DNA of 64,000 nucleotides from Chthoniobacteraceae bacterium (GTDB lineage Bacteria; Verrucomicrobiota; Verrucomicrobiia; Chthoniobacterales; Chthoniobacteraceae). This document shows, in pieces, positions 9,321-18,082 of this stretch (its first letter is position 1; every line of letters begins with the position of its first letter). The stretch covers positions 15,965-79,964 of the forward strand of contig JBIIXW010000268.1 in the NCBI GenBank assembly GCA_044347165.1. Direction: 5' to 3'. The translations under genes were made by a program, and so were the position numbers. The notes under the pieces are model-generated. The model did no database searches. It was not told the DNA's origin and was given only the letters and a program-made list of their open reading frames with translations.

Positions 9321-9338
9321 GCTCCGCGGCTCGGTCAC

Positions 9339-9881
9339 ATGAGATCAATTTTCTCCCGACTTAGCGCGTTGGCGCTCGCGCTCGGCTGCGCTTCGGCCTT
9401 CGGCCAGGTCGTCACTGGCAATGAACTCGTCCGCATCGAGGCGCGCGTCGCCTCGGAGCAGGATCGAAAGGATTTGCCGAACACCACGGCAGACACCGTG
9501 ACGCAGCGCAAGACGCTGCATGCGACGCTTTCCGGCAAAGCGAAAAGCCCGGAAACGCGCACGGGCAAATGGATCGCCTACGGCCATTCCGCAAAAGGTC
9601 ACGACGTGGCCGTGCTCGAATCCGGCGAGTTCAAGATCGACCTCGCGAATGGTGGACGGCAGGCCATCGAATCGAAGGTCATCACCACGACTCACACGCC
9701 CGAGCATTCGACGGTGACGCGCAGCGGCAACAGCCGAAGTCGGAGCAGCACGACTCGCGCGAAGAAGGTCGAGGCCACGGGGACGAAGTTCGCGGGCTTC
9801 ACGATCATCATCACGGACGGCGGGAAAGTCCTCGGCGAATACTACGACCCGCCAGGCTTGAAGCAGGAGGCGGCGAAATGA
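9339..9881 (+). CDS. Hypothetical secreted protein
   Basis: Likely start is ATG9339 (MRSIFSRLSALALALGCASAFGQ signal). 180 aa. ATGA overlap with the next gene. Confidence 0.55.
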   Translation: MRSIFSRLSALALALGCASAFGQVVTGNELVRIEARVASEQDRKDLPNTTADTVTQRKTLHATLSGKAKSPETRTGKWIAYGHSAKGHDVAVLESGEFKIDLANGGRQAIESKVITTTHTPEHSTVTRSGNSRSRSSTTRAKKVEATGTKFAGFTIIITDGGKVLGEYYDPPGLKQEAAK

Positions 9882-10234
9882 ACTGCGCGCGCTTCATCGT
9901 TTCGCTGACGGCGATTCTACTGGCGATCGGCACACCAGCGTCCCTCGCGATGCCTCCGCTTTCGCGTCAGGCGGTGGGGAAGGTGGCGTCTGTCGATCCA
10001 GCGGCGCAACGCTTCGTTTGGCGCTCTACAGAGCCCGCCCGCGAAATGAATCTGACGTGGAGTCGCAGAACCACGTTCTATCTGCGCGGCGAGGCGGCTC
10101 CCGCGACCGCGTTACGCACCGGGCAGCAAGTGCGGATCAGCTATCGCACGCCGCTCTTCGGCCCGTCCCGCGTGAGCCGCGTGGTGATCCTCACGGAGCC
10201 GCATCTTCCGAAAAAAATGAAGGGGCTGCGATGA
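9878..10234 (+). CDS. Small periplasmic protein of unknown family ('SVDP...YRTPLFG'), paralog of 33420-33788
   Basis: 118 aa with the signal MNCARFIVSLTAILLAIGTPASLA. 'GKVASVDPAAQRFVW...RTTFYLRG...GQQVRISYRTPLFGPSRVSRVVIL' aligns with the 33420 product. ATGA overlaps on both sides. Confidence 0.6.
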   Translation: MNCARFIVSLTAILLAIGTPASLAMPPLSRQAVGKVASVDPAAQRFVWRSTEPAREMNLTWSRRTTFYLRGEAAPATALRTGQQVRISYRTPLFGPSRVSRVVILTEPHLPKKMKGLR

Positions 10235-12450
10235 ACGCATCTTCTCACAATCACGAACCCACCGCCTGCGGCTGCTCGCACGAGCAGGAAAACGCACCCG
10301 CATCCGGCGCGCTGCCCGAATCCGAGCGCCGCACCGAACTCGCGGTGACGGGCATGGATTGCTCGGAAGAAGTCGCGGTGCTCGAACGAGTGCTCAAGCC
10401 GTTGCCCGGCGTGCAGGGACTTTCCGTGAATCTCGTCGCTGGCCGCGTGACGGTCGCGCATGACGCGAGCGTTTCGCGTGAAGCATTGATCGCCGCCATC
10501 GCGCCGACCGGGATGAAGGCGCGGCCCGCTGGAAGCGCGCCGGACGAACACGCGGGCGAGGCGAATCGCACGCGCACGATGCTCGTCGCCGCCTCGGGTC
10601 TGCTCACAGGTCTGGGCCTTGCGCTGCACTGGCTCGATGTCGCGCCGCCGCCGTTGCTCATCGCCATCAATGCCGCCGCCATCGTCGCGGGTGGTTGGTT
10701 CATTTTTCCGAAAGCGATCTCTGCCGCGCGCCGCTTCGCGCCGGACATGAATTTGCTCATGCTCATCGCCGTAGCCGGCGCTGCCGCGATCGGCGAGTGG
10801 AGCGAAGGCGCAGCCGTCACGTTCCTCTTCGGCCTCTCGGAATTGCTCGAAGCCTTCAGCGTGCAGCGCGCGCGGCGCGCCATCGAATCGTTGCTCGCCC
10901 TCGCGCCCGACACCGCGCTCGTGAAACGCGGCGAGCAGTTCGAAGAATTGCCGGTGGCCGAAGTGAAGCTTGACGAAATCGTGGCGGTGAAATCCGGCCA
11001 GCGCGTGCCGCTTGACGGCACCATCGTCTCGGGCGCGTCTGCGGTGAACCAGGCGCCAATCACGGGTGAGTCGATGCCGGTCGAAAAGAAGGTCGATGAC
11101 AGCGTCTTTGCAGGCACGATCAACGGCGAAGGTTCGCTGGAGGTGCGCGTCGCAAGGCTCTCGGGAGACACGATGCTCGCGCGGATCATCAAGCTCGTGG
11201 GCGAAGCACAGGCTCAAAAGGCGCCGACGCAACGCTTCGTCGATGTCTTCGCGCGCTACTACACGCCGGCCGTGATGGCCGTCGCGCTGCTGGTCCTGTT
11301 ATTGCCGCCGCTATTTTTCGACGGCGCTTGGGGTGTGTGGTTTTACCGCGCGCTCGTGCTGCTCGTCATCGCCTGCCCGTGCGCGCTCGTGATTTCCACA
11401 CCCGTCTCGATTGTCTCCGGCCTCACCGCGATGGCGCGGCGCGGCGTGCTGATCAAAGGCGGCGCGCATCTCGAGTCCATCGGCAAACTCCGCGCGCTCG
11501 CCGTGGACAAGACGGGCACGATTACCGAAGGCAGGCCGCGCGTGACGAAAGTCGTCCCGGTGAATTCAAGCGACGAGGCGGAGATCGTGCGAATCGCCGC
11601 CGGCATCGACACGCATTCCGAGCACCCGCTCGCCGTCGCCGTCGTCGCTTATGCCGGGGAGCGGAATGTGCGCTTTCAACGCAGCGAAGAATATCAGGCG
11701 TTCAGCGGGCGCGGAGCCGAGGGCTCCATCGCAGGGCATCGCTACTTCGTCGGCAACCACCGCTTTGCCCATGAACTCGGCGTCTGCACGCCGGAGATCG
11801 AGCAACGTCTCGCCGAGATCGAAGCTGCGGCGCAATCCGTCGTCATCGTGGGCCACCGACCCCACGCAGATTGCGCGGGCGAAGTGCTCGGCATCCTCGC
11901 CGTGGGCGATGCCATCCGCCCTCACGCCGCGGATGCACTGCGCGCGATTCACGCGGCCGGTGTCGAGAAGGTCGTCATACTCAGCGGTGATAACCAGCGC
12001 ACTGCCGATGCCATTGCGCGCCAGGCCGGCATCGACGAAGCCAGCGGCGATCTTCTTCCGGACGACAAGATCGCGCGCATCCGCGAACTGACTCAAAGGT
12101 TCAAACACGTCGGCATGATCGGCGACGGCGTGAACGACGCGCCCGCCATGGCCGCCGCGAGCATCGGCATCGCGATGGGCAAGGCGGGCACCGACACCGC
12201 CATCGAGACCGCCGATGTGGCGCTGATGCAGGATGACCTCACCAAAGTCGCCGAGGCCATCGCGCTCGGCCGCCGCACCGTCCGCGTCATCCAGTTCAAC
12301 ATCGCCTTCGCCCTCGCAATCAAAGCGCTCTTCCTCGGTCTCGCGCTCGCCGGCCACACGAGCCTTTGGCTCGCAATCGCCGCCGACACCGGCGCGACAC
12401 TAATCGTCATCGCCAACGCGCTACGCTTGCTCAAAACACCAAAGTCCTGA
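10231..12450 (+). CDS. zntA: Heavy-metal translocating P-type ATPase, PIB-2 (Zn/Cd/Pb, ZntA/CadA-like)
   Basis: 739 aa from ATG10231. Carries 'CPCALVISTP', 'DKTGTIT', 'GDGVNDAP' and a last-TM 'AADTGATLIVIANALRLL' (the ZntA-type DxG signature). The N-terminal HMA-like domain has 'GMDCSEE'. Confidence 0.85.
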   Translation: MNASSHNHEPTACGCSHEQENAPASGALPESERRTELAVTGMDCSEEVAVLERVLKPLPGVQGLSVNLVAGRVTVAHDASVSREALIAAIAPTGMKARPAGSAPDEHAGEANRTRTMLVAASGLLTGLGLALHWLDVAPPPLLIAINAAAIVAGGWFIFPKAISAARRFAPDMNLLMLIAVAGAAAIGEWSEGAAVTFLFGLSELLEAFSVQRARRAIESLLALAPDTALVKRGEQFEELPVAEVKLDEIVAVKSGQRVPLDGTIVSGASAVNQAPITGESMPVEKKVDDSVFAGTINGEGSLEVRVARLSGDTMLARIIKLVGEAQAQKAPTQRFVDVFARYYTPAVMAVALLVLLLPPLFFDGAWGVWFYRALVLLVIACPCALVISTPVSIVSGLTAMARRGVLIKGGAHLESIGKLRALAVDKTGTITEGRPRVTKVVPVNSSDEAEIVRIAAGIDTHSEHPLAVAVVAYAGERNVRFQRSEEYQAFSGRGAEGSIAGHRYFVGNHRFAHELGVCTPEIEQRLAEIEAAAQSVVIVGHRPHADCAGEVLGILAVGDAIRPHAADALRAIHAAGVEKVVILSGDNQRTADAIARQAGIDEASGDLLPDDKIARIRELTQRFKHVGMIGDGVNDAPAMAAASIGIAMGKAGTDTAIETADVALMQDDLTKVAEAIALGRRTVRVIQFNIAFALAIKALFLGLALAGHTSLWLAIAADTGATLIVIANALRLLKTPKS

Positions 12451-12456
12451 GCCGCC

Positions 12457-12855
12457 GTGCAGCGTCCGCCACAACCGAAGAAGCCGAAGAAAGGCCGGAA
12501 AGCCGAGCCGTCCGCTCCAATGACGCTCAAGGAGAAGCTGCAAATATGGGCGTGGATCGTTGCACTTCTCGCCGTCGCCCTGACGTTCGGCATTGGAGCC
12601 ATGAAGTCGGAGACCGCGCGGCACCTCGACCAGACGATCAATCGCTGGCGCACCGACTTCCATCTCACGCCCGAACAAGCCGAACGCGTGCGCTCCATCG
12701 AGCGGAATTTCCACGGCACAGGTAATCCCTTCACCCTCCCCTCACACACCGCCGAAGAAGTGCGCGCCCACCATCGGGAAATCGCCTCCGTGATGAACCC
12801 CTCCGACGGCGAGCGTTTCCTCAATGCTCAAGAGGGACGTGGGAATCACCGATAG
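12457..12855 (+). CDS. Membrane-anchored LTXXQ-motif (CpxP/Spy/ZraP-like) protein
   Basis: GTG12457 (alternative start ATG12520). One TM segment 'IWAWIVALLAVALTFGIGA', then 'FHLTPEQAERVRSIE'. Confidence 0.5.
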   Translation: MQRPPQPKKPKKGRKAEPSAPMTLKEKLQIWAWIVALLAVALTFGIGAMKSETARHLDQTINRWRTDFHLTPEQAERVRSIERNFHGTGNPFTLPSHTAEEVRAHHREIASVMNPSDGERFLNAQEGRGNHR

Positions 12856-12944
12856 CCCGCGCGTGGTCCGGTTCCGTCAAGATCTTGAGGCCGTCGTTCA
12901 TCCCCGATTATGATCCAATCTGCTCGGAGCCCGTTGGTGGTGCT

Positions 12945-14117
12945 CTATGTCAGCTTCATTAGCTGCTTCTTTTCGAATTCTCGTTGATCGGCGCCGAATG
13001 CTTCGGTGTAGGTATCCATAATGAGTTTTCCGCCATCTTGGTGGCCTTGCCATTTCGCGATCGTTTTTACGTCAACGCCCGCGCGATACGCTTCGACAAT
13101 GAACATTTGCCGGAGATTTCGCTGTGTGAATGCTGGCAAATCAAGGCGCTCGCAGGCATTCGTCAGCGCCTTGCGAGCATTGTCGATGATGAAGACACGC
13201 TCGTCGTTCTGGAACTCTCGACGCTCTATTTTGGCCCGAGCTTCCGCCTCGCTTCGCATACGCACGAGGAGCGGGCGTAGCTTCGGATACACCGGAACTT
13301 TGAAATACTTACCGGTCTTCACCCGTTTGATTTGCATTTCGCCGGAATCGAAATCGATGTCCGACCATTTCAATTCAGCCGCTTCTGCCTGACCAAGGCC
13401 GGCCCTTCCTTGGAATTCCAGGAAGTCGCCGGAGGCTGCGCCTTTGCGGTTCTTCTTTTCGGCGCGAACTTCGGCAAGGATTTGCTGGAACTGCTCTGAC
13501 GTGGGAATCGTCGGCGTCTTCCGGTGAACGGTTTGGTATCGCAAGCCGGATGTCTCATACAGATTCTCCGCGGTCATGCCGTCAATCCTCGCCAACTCAA
13601 AAAGCTGTCGAAGAAATAGGCACACCCGATTGTAAGTGTTCGCACTGTATCCTCGCTCCTTCGCGAGGCTATTCACGAAGGTTTTCAATTCGCTTCCGCG
13701 GATCGCTCCGACTCTGCGATTGCAGTCGAAGAATAACCGAAACGATGTGGAGAAACCTTGTTCAGCGATTTTAGTCGCGTCCTCGCAGTGCACTCGTGTG
13801 GCTTGAAATCGCAGTAGCAATTCCTCCAACGTGCTCCGGGATACTTCCGGACGAAGACGCCGTGCCGTATCGAGCCACTCGGCTAGCTTTCGATCAGCCG
13901 TTTTTCGGTCGGCCGTCTCCAGGCAATGAAGCTGCCTGCGACCCGCAATCAGGGACCTCCCGTAGTAAATACCGGAAGCCGGGTGGCGGTAGAGATTGGG
14001 GGCGACGCTCACCAAGGTTGCCCATGTTCCGCCCTTCTGCTTTGCACCCTCCGATCCCGCCCCACCGGCTGCGGCTTCAGCATTCGCTGGAGGAATGAGT
14101 TCGGTCCTTCTGAGCAT
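12945..14117 (-). CDS. Tyrosine-type site-specific recombinase/integrase
   Basis: 390 aa. The C-terminal catalytic region includes 'LKWSDIDF', 'TQRNLRQMF' and 'WQGHQDGGKLIMDTYTE' (R...xxR...H...Y pattern). Confidence 0.8.
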   Translation of the reverse strand: MLRRTELIPPANAEAAAGGAGSEGAKQKGGTWATLVSVAPNLYRHPASGIYYGRSLIAGRRQLHCLETADRKTADRKLAEWLDTARRLRPEVSRSTLEELLLRFQATRVHCEDATKIAEQGFSTSFRLFFDCNRRVGAIRGSELKTFVNSLAKERGYSANTYNRVCLFLRQLFELARIDGMTAENLYETSGLRYQTVHRKTPTIPTSEQFQQILAEVRAEKKNRKGAASGDFLEFQGRAGLGQAEAAELKWSDIDFDSGEMQIKRVKTGKYFKVPVYPKLRPLLVRMRSEAEARAKIERREFQNDERVFIIDNARKALTNACERLDLPAFTQRNLRQMFIVEAYRAGVDVKTIAKWQGHQDGGKLIMDTYTEAFGADQREFEKKQLMKLT

Positions 14118-14131
14118 AGGTCCCAGCCATC

Positions 14132-15277
14132 TTGCAAATGCATCCCGCGGTGAGTGCGCCCGTTCCGGCGCACTTTGACCGGCGCCTCGCTCGAAGCGCC
14201 GCGGAGATTCCGTGGCCGGAACGGCGCGAACTTGTCCCGCGCGTGGTCACGGTTCTTCGTAGCAGCACCGATGGTGTACATGCTGCAAAGCTGCTCCTTC
14301 AGCTCGCAAAGGACCCGAAGTGGGAAGTGCGGAAGGCCGTTGCCGATCATCTCCTGCATCTCCCGGAGGTGCTCTATGACCAGGTCATCCCTCTCTTGGC
14401 GAAAGACCCGAATACGTTCGTCGCGGATTCAGTGCGACGCGAAATGGGCCGCCGCAGTATCCAGAGCGCTGGTGAGAAGCGGCGCCAGTCGCGTCCATTT
14501 AAGCGTGCGGCAGAAGAAATCGAGGCGCGCTTTGGTCCCGAGGCTTTGCGCTATGCGATGAAACTCGCTGAAAAGAAGACCGAGCAGGTCATTCGGACCG
14601 CGGTCCATGATATCAAAGGCATTCTCACCCCGATTAAACCGTCACTGGATGGTCTCCGCGAGACGGCAAGCGATCGCACGGGAAAAAGACGCGTGGACCG
14701 TGTGATTGGCGGCGTCAATTATCTCGAACAAATGCTCGCGGACATGCGCCAATGGTCCGACGAGATCGAACTGACCTTGGGCGAAGAGGATTTGGTGGAG
14801 GTGATCGAAAGTGCTGCCCAGGACGCGATCGATCATTTGAACGCGCAAGGGCGGCCCTGCGGCACCGTTGACTTTCAGATGCACGCCGAAGCACGACCCA
14901 GGCTTCGCCTGTCACGACCGCAGCTTCAGATGGCGTTCACGAACATAGTTAAGAACGGCATCGAGGCCCATGCCGTGAGTAATACCGAATTCATGTCCGG
15001 GAGCGTTACCGTCTCTATCACCACGTTGGACGAAATAGTTCAGGTGCAGATTGCCGATAGCGGAAAAGGAATGAGCGGACGCGACCTCGAGAAGCTGGTC
15101 GAATTCGTTCCTGGCAATACATCCAAAAAGCACCTTGGAACCGGCTACGGTCTGCCGATCGCCAAGCGCTACATCGAGGCGCATGGCGGCAAGCTCACGA
15201 TTGCAAGCGAACAGGACAAAGGAACGACGGTGACCATCCTCTTGCCGCTGGAAATGAAGTTTCAAACCACCCAATGA
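14132..15277 (+). CDS. Cytoplasmic sensor histidine kinase with an N-terminal HEAT-like region
   Basis: H-box 'AVHDIKGILTPI'. ATPase boxes 'IVKNGIEAH', 'DSGKGMS' and 'GTGYGLPIAKRYIEAHGG'. 'DPKWEVRKAVADHL' is HEAT-like. No TM segment. The exact start is uncertain, because it lies only 14 nt from the divergent integrase start. Confidence 0.75.
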   Translation: MQMHPAVSAPVPAHFDRRLARSAAEIPWPERRELVPRVVTVLRSSTDGVHAAKLLLQLAKDPKWEVRKAVADHLLHLPEVLYDQVIPLLAKDPNTFVADSVRREMGRRSIQSAGEKRRQSRPFKRAAEEIEARFGPEALRYAMKLAEKKTEQVIRTAVHDIKGILTPIKPSLDGLRETASDRTGKRRVDRVIGGVNYLEQMLADMRQWSDEIELTLGEEDLVEVIESAAQDAIDHLNAQGRPCGTVDFQMHAEARPRLRLSRPQLQMAFTNIVKNGIEAHAVSNTEFMSGSVTVSITTLDEIVQVQIADSGKGMSGRDLEKLVEFVPGNTSKKHLGTGYGLPIAKRYIEAHGGKLTIASEQDKGTTVTILLPLEMKFQTTQ

Positions 15278-16287
15278 CAACCGCACTTATCGTTGATGAC
15301 GATCAGGCCATCCTCGAACTGCTCGAAGAGCGTTTGCTTTCGATGGGTCACGAGTGCCGCAAGGCGCAATCGCAGGCTGAGGCCGAGGACATCCTGAACG
15401 AGCACGTTTTTGATTATATTCTGTTGGACCTGGAAATCCCGAATCGATTCCAGGGCCGAGCCGACATCGTTTACGGTCACAACCTGCTGCGAAAGATTCG
15501 ACAGACGCCGGGGCACACGCGGACTCCCGTCTTGGCGATTACCGCGCATGGACTGAGGAGCCACCATTTGTGTGCCGAGACGATGAAACTCGGTGCTACA
15601 GATTTTGTCGGAAAGCCCTTCGGAAAGGATAATCCGCTCGAAGATAAGATTCGCGAAGCGCTGCGTTCGCACCAAAGCGAGAAGAACGAGAGCACGAATT
15701 CGAAATCACCGAAGCTCAGCCCATTCAAAGGGGGCGATTTAGTCTTCTATGAAGACCGGGTGGAATTGTGCGGCATTAAGGTTTGCGGAGCGAAGAATTC
15801 GTCGATGAAACGGCGTGTCCTCGACGTGCTTCGAGAACCTGCTGCGAACGGCGGAAATCGCCACTTCTCCATGAAAGACCTTGCCAACGTCCTCGGCGCC
15901 GATCGACCCGGCGCTGTTGCCGAGGCGGTAGCCGATTTTCGAAAAGAATGCCGCGAACGCTTGCGTGAAAGTGTTGGGCTCGAATGCGAGGACGAAGCTA
16001 TTATTGCAAATCAAAACCGCGGCTATCATCTCAGGAGTTGGATCAAGGTTCTCGATGGATTAGACGAGGTTGAACGCGTTGCATCTGAAGCGGACGTTGT
16101 GCTCTCCGACAACCAGAAAGGAATCATCCGGCTTTTACGAAAGCATGGCAAACGGTCTCCTCGGCAACTTGCGGACAGCTTAAATCTATTGAGCGCAACT
16201 ATCTCGCGGGAGACGGAGCTATTAGTAACGAGCGGGTTGATCGTCGCTGAGGGCAATGGCGCCAATAAGTCATTTCGCATCGCTTAG
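15274..16287 (+). CDS. Response regulator: receiver + OmpR/PhoB-like winged helix + an extra C-terminal wHTH
   Basis: REC domain: 'LIVDDDQAILELL...DYILLDLEIPN...TPVLAITAHG'. Central domain: 'LVFYEDRVELCG...RRVLDVL...NRGYHL'. C-terminal: 'NQKGIIRLLRKHGKRSPRQLADSLNLLSATISRETELLVTSGLI'. ATGA overlap with the kinase gene. Confidence 0.75.
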   Translation: MTTALIVDDDQAILELLEERLLSMGHECRKAQSQAEAEDILNEHVFDYILLDLEIPNRFQGRADIVYGHNLLRKIRQTPGHTRTPVLAITAHGLRSHHLCAETMKLGATDFVGKPFGKDNPLEDKIREALRSHQSEKNESTNSKSPKLSPFKGGDLVFYEDRVELCGIKVCGAKNSSMKRRVLDVLREPAANGGNRHFSMKDLANVLGADRPGAVAEAVADFRKECRERLRESVGLECEDEAIIANQNRGYHLRSWIKVLDGLDEVERVASEADVVLSDNQKGIIRLLRKHGKRSPRQLADSLNLLSATISRETELLVTSGLIVAEGNGANKSFRIA

Positions 16288-16397
16288 TGAAGGCCGCGCC
16301 CGGAATTGAGCGGTCATGCACCTACCATCATGCGCCCGTTTCGACTAAGTCATCGATATTTGATCGAAAGCCGTCTTCCGCGTGGTAGACTTCCGCG

Positions 16398-16721
16398 ATG
16401 AAATCGCTGGTCTGCCCTCACTGTCACACCACGGTCCCGGAACGAGCATCGGTGTGCGTTGGCTGCGGCGCCGAGATCATACGAGGAGCCACACGCCGCG
16501 AGCGGGCGGGGGCCGGCTGCGCAGTCGCCGGCGCCTTCCTATTCATCGCCCTGGCGATCATAGGCATGCGGCCGCTTCCTCCGCCATCGAGCGACGATGG
16601 TTTTTTTCTAGTGCTGAAGTTGGCCAGCGTCATCGTGGTCGGGAACATTCTAGGCCGATTGATCATGCGGTGGCTCCGTCGAGCCTCCCTACGCTTCTTC
16701 CGATCTTACGAGAATCATTAA
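16398..16721 (+). CDS. Zn-ribbon membrane protein (hypothetical)
   Basis: 107 aa. 'CPHCHTTVPERASVCVGCG' followed by two hydrophobic segments. Confidence 0.5.
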   Translation: MKSLVCPHCHTTVPERASVCVGCGAEIIRGATRRERAGAGCAVAGAFLFIALAIIGMRPLPPPSSDDGFFLVLKLASVIVVGNILGRLIMRWLRRASLRFFRSYENH

Positions 16722-16946
16722 TTCATCCTGCGGACGAGTGGCAGTGCTTGCAGAAATGATCCTCCTAATCGGCGAACTGCTCGGGTGCATTCTTGAAAAC
16801 TCACGGGATGATGGCGCAAAATAAGGTGCCACGGCTCTGAAAAAGACCCGAGGGTTTTCTCGAGGGGCGGTGTGTGAGGGGATGCGGACGGTTCCAAGAG
16901 GGCAGCCCGCGAGACACTGAAACGAAACCTTAAACCTCACACGAAA

Positions 16947-17195
16947 ATGAAAGCGCTCGCCAAACTCACTCTCGCCGCCCTGGCGGTGACCACGCTCGGG
17001 ACCACGACTCTCCTCGCCGGCCCCGGTCCGATCGGTCCGACCAATCGCCCCGGCGCGAAGCACATCCACCCCGTGAAGGAGATGACCTGCGACCGGATGG
17101 TCGTGAACAAGCCGCCGCGCCTCGGTGGCACTGAGGTGGTGAAATGCACGCCGGCCATCAAGGACACGGCTGCTTGCCGGATGGCCTGCCGGTGA
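16947..17195 (+). CDS. Small secreted Cys-rich protein
   Basis: 82 aa. Signal peptide, then 'AGPGP', and a C-terminal 'GGTEVVKCTPAIKDTAACRMACR'. A C/A-rich leader lies at 16919-16946. Confidence 0.55.
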   Translation: MKALAKLTLAALAVTTLGTTTLLAGPGPIGPTNRPGAKHIHPVKEMTCDRMVVNKPPRLGGTEVVKCTPAIKDTAACRMACR

Positions 17196-17217
17196 GTCAC
17201 CCTCGGACAAATGAAGC

Positions 17218-17251
17218 CAGTGCCGGGCAGCCCACCAAGCGCCCGGCACTG
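17218..17251 (+). terminator. Hairpin after the 16947-17195 gene
   Basis: ccagtgccgggc-agcccaccaagc-gcccggcactg. The core stem is a perfect 9 bp and extends to 11 bp. Confidence 0.4.
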
Positions 17252-17270
17252 AACGCAACGATCAAGACCT

Positions 17271-17606
17271 ATGAATGACAACGATCCTATCCGTGAACGG
17301 CTTCAGGCTTGGAAGGTCGAGCCGCGCGTTCCCAAGAGTTTCCACGCCGATGTGTGGGCGCGGATTCGCGAGCGCGAAGAACCGCGCGAAGCGACGGGCT
17401 GGGCGGCTTTTGTCGCGTGGCTCTTTCCTTCACGAACGGCCTGGCAGCTTGCCGCCGTGACCGCCGCGGTCCTCGTCGTGGCTGGCGCGGGCTTGGGTAA
17501 TCTCACCGGGGCGTCAGCCAATGAGCGCAGCCGCGCGGACTTCGCCATGCGCTATGCGCAGTCGGTCGACCCGTATCTCCAGGTAACTCTCACCTCCGCC
17601 AAATGA
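17271..17606 (+). CDS. Putative anti-sigma factor (single-pass membrane protein)
   Basis: 111 aa. Has a short cytoplasmic N-terminus, the TM segment 'WQLAAVTAAVLVVAGAGLG', and sits in the same coupled operon as the ECF sigma gene. Confidence 0.5.
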   Translation: MNDNDPIRERLQAWKVEPRVPKSFHADVWARIREREEPREATGWAAFVAWLFPSRTAWQLAAVTAAVLVVAGAGLGNLTGASANERSRADFAMRYAQSVDPYLQVTLTSAK

Positions 17607-18082
17607 AGCGCGCACTGGTCATCCTCTTCGCCGCGCTGGTGCTGGGTGGCGCGACCTACTTTCTCTGTTTCCGCTTGGCGACTCGGCCTATGCGCCAGAT
17701 GGCTTCTGTGAATAATGAACTCGTCTGGCTCGCGACCGAATTTCGCCTCACGCCGGAGCAGATAAAACGCGTCAGAGCACTCCACTCTGCCTACGAGCCG
17801 CGCTGCACGGCGATGTGCCGCAAGATCGCGGACAACAACGCGCAGCTCGACCGCCTGATCGCGGAGGGGCGCACGGCGACGCCGGAGATGGAGCGGTTGC
17901 TGCGCGATAGCGCGGAGATTCAGATCGAATGCCGCCGCGAGATGCTCGCCCACATCTACGCCGTGGCCGCAGTGATGCCGCCAGAACAAGGCGCGCGCTA
18001 TATCGGGCTTTTGAAAATGCAGGTGCTCCAACCCGGCACCTCGCACTCTCCGACGGCCGCAGTCGCCCACACGCATGAGTGA
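17603..18082 (+). CDS. Membrane-anchored LTXXQ-motif (CpxP/Spy/ZraP-like) periplasmic heavy-metal-sensor-type protein
   Basis: 159 aa with an N-terminal TM segment, 'FRLTPEQIKRVRALH', and a His-containing tail 'AVAHTHE'. Start and stop overlap on both sides. Confidence 0.55.
   Translation: MKRALVILFAALVLGGATYFLCFRLATRPMRQMASVNNELVWLATEFRLTPEQIKRVRALHSAYEPRCTAMCRKIADNNAQLDRLIAEGRTATPEMERLLRDSAEIQIECRREMLAHIYAVAAVMPPEQGARYIGLLKMQVLQPGTSHSPTAAVAHTHE

Larger units (their letters stand above)
12856..16946. mobile_element. Nested lower-GC module: tyrosine recombinase + histidine kinase + response regulator + Zn-ribbon membrane protein
   Basis: Sampled lines give about 50-57% GC, against about 65-70% in the flanking island. 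It contains the only recombinase in the window and splits an otherwise continuous run of metal genes. No convincing long direct repeats were found by eye. Confidence 0.4.

Noticed and set aside
10018-10230. 5' extensions of ORF-track entries, such as 10018 for the ATPase, 5392 for RND 1, 19428 for adaptor 2, 24497, 25582, 33993, 39178 and 39261.
   Set aside because: The extended parts overlap the preceding gene in another frame and translate to Arg/Pro-rich nonsense. Internal ATGs coincide with ATGA or TAATG overlaps and with signal peptides or conserved N-termini.
12868-16901. Direct repeats bounding the nested recombinase cassette.
   Set aside because: Only 7-8-nt imperfect matches were found by eye (CGGTTCC..AAGA and ATGATCC...CTGCTCGG), which is too short to distinguish from chance. 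They are reported as a weak lead inside the finding, not as a feature.
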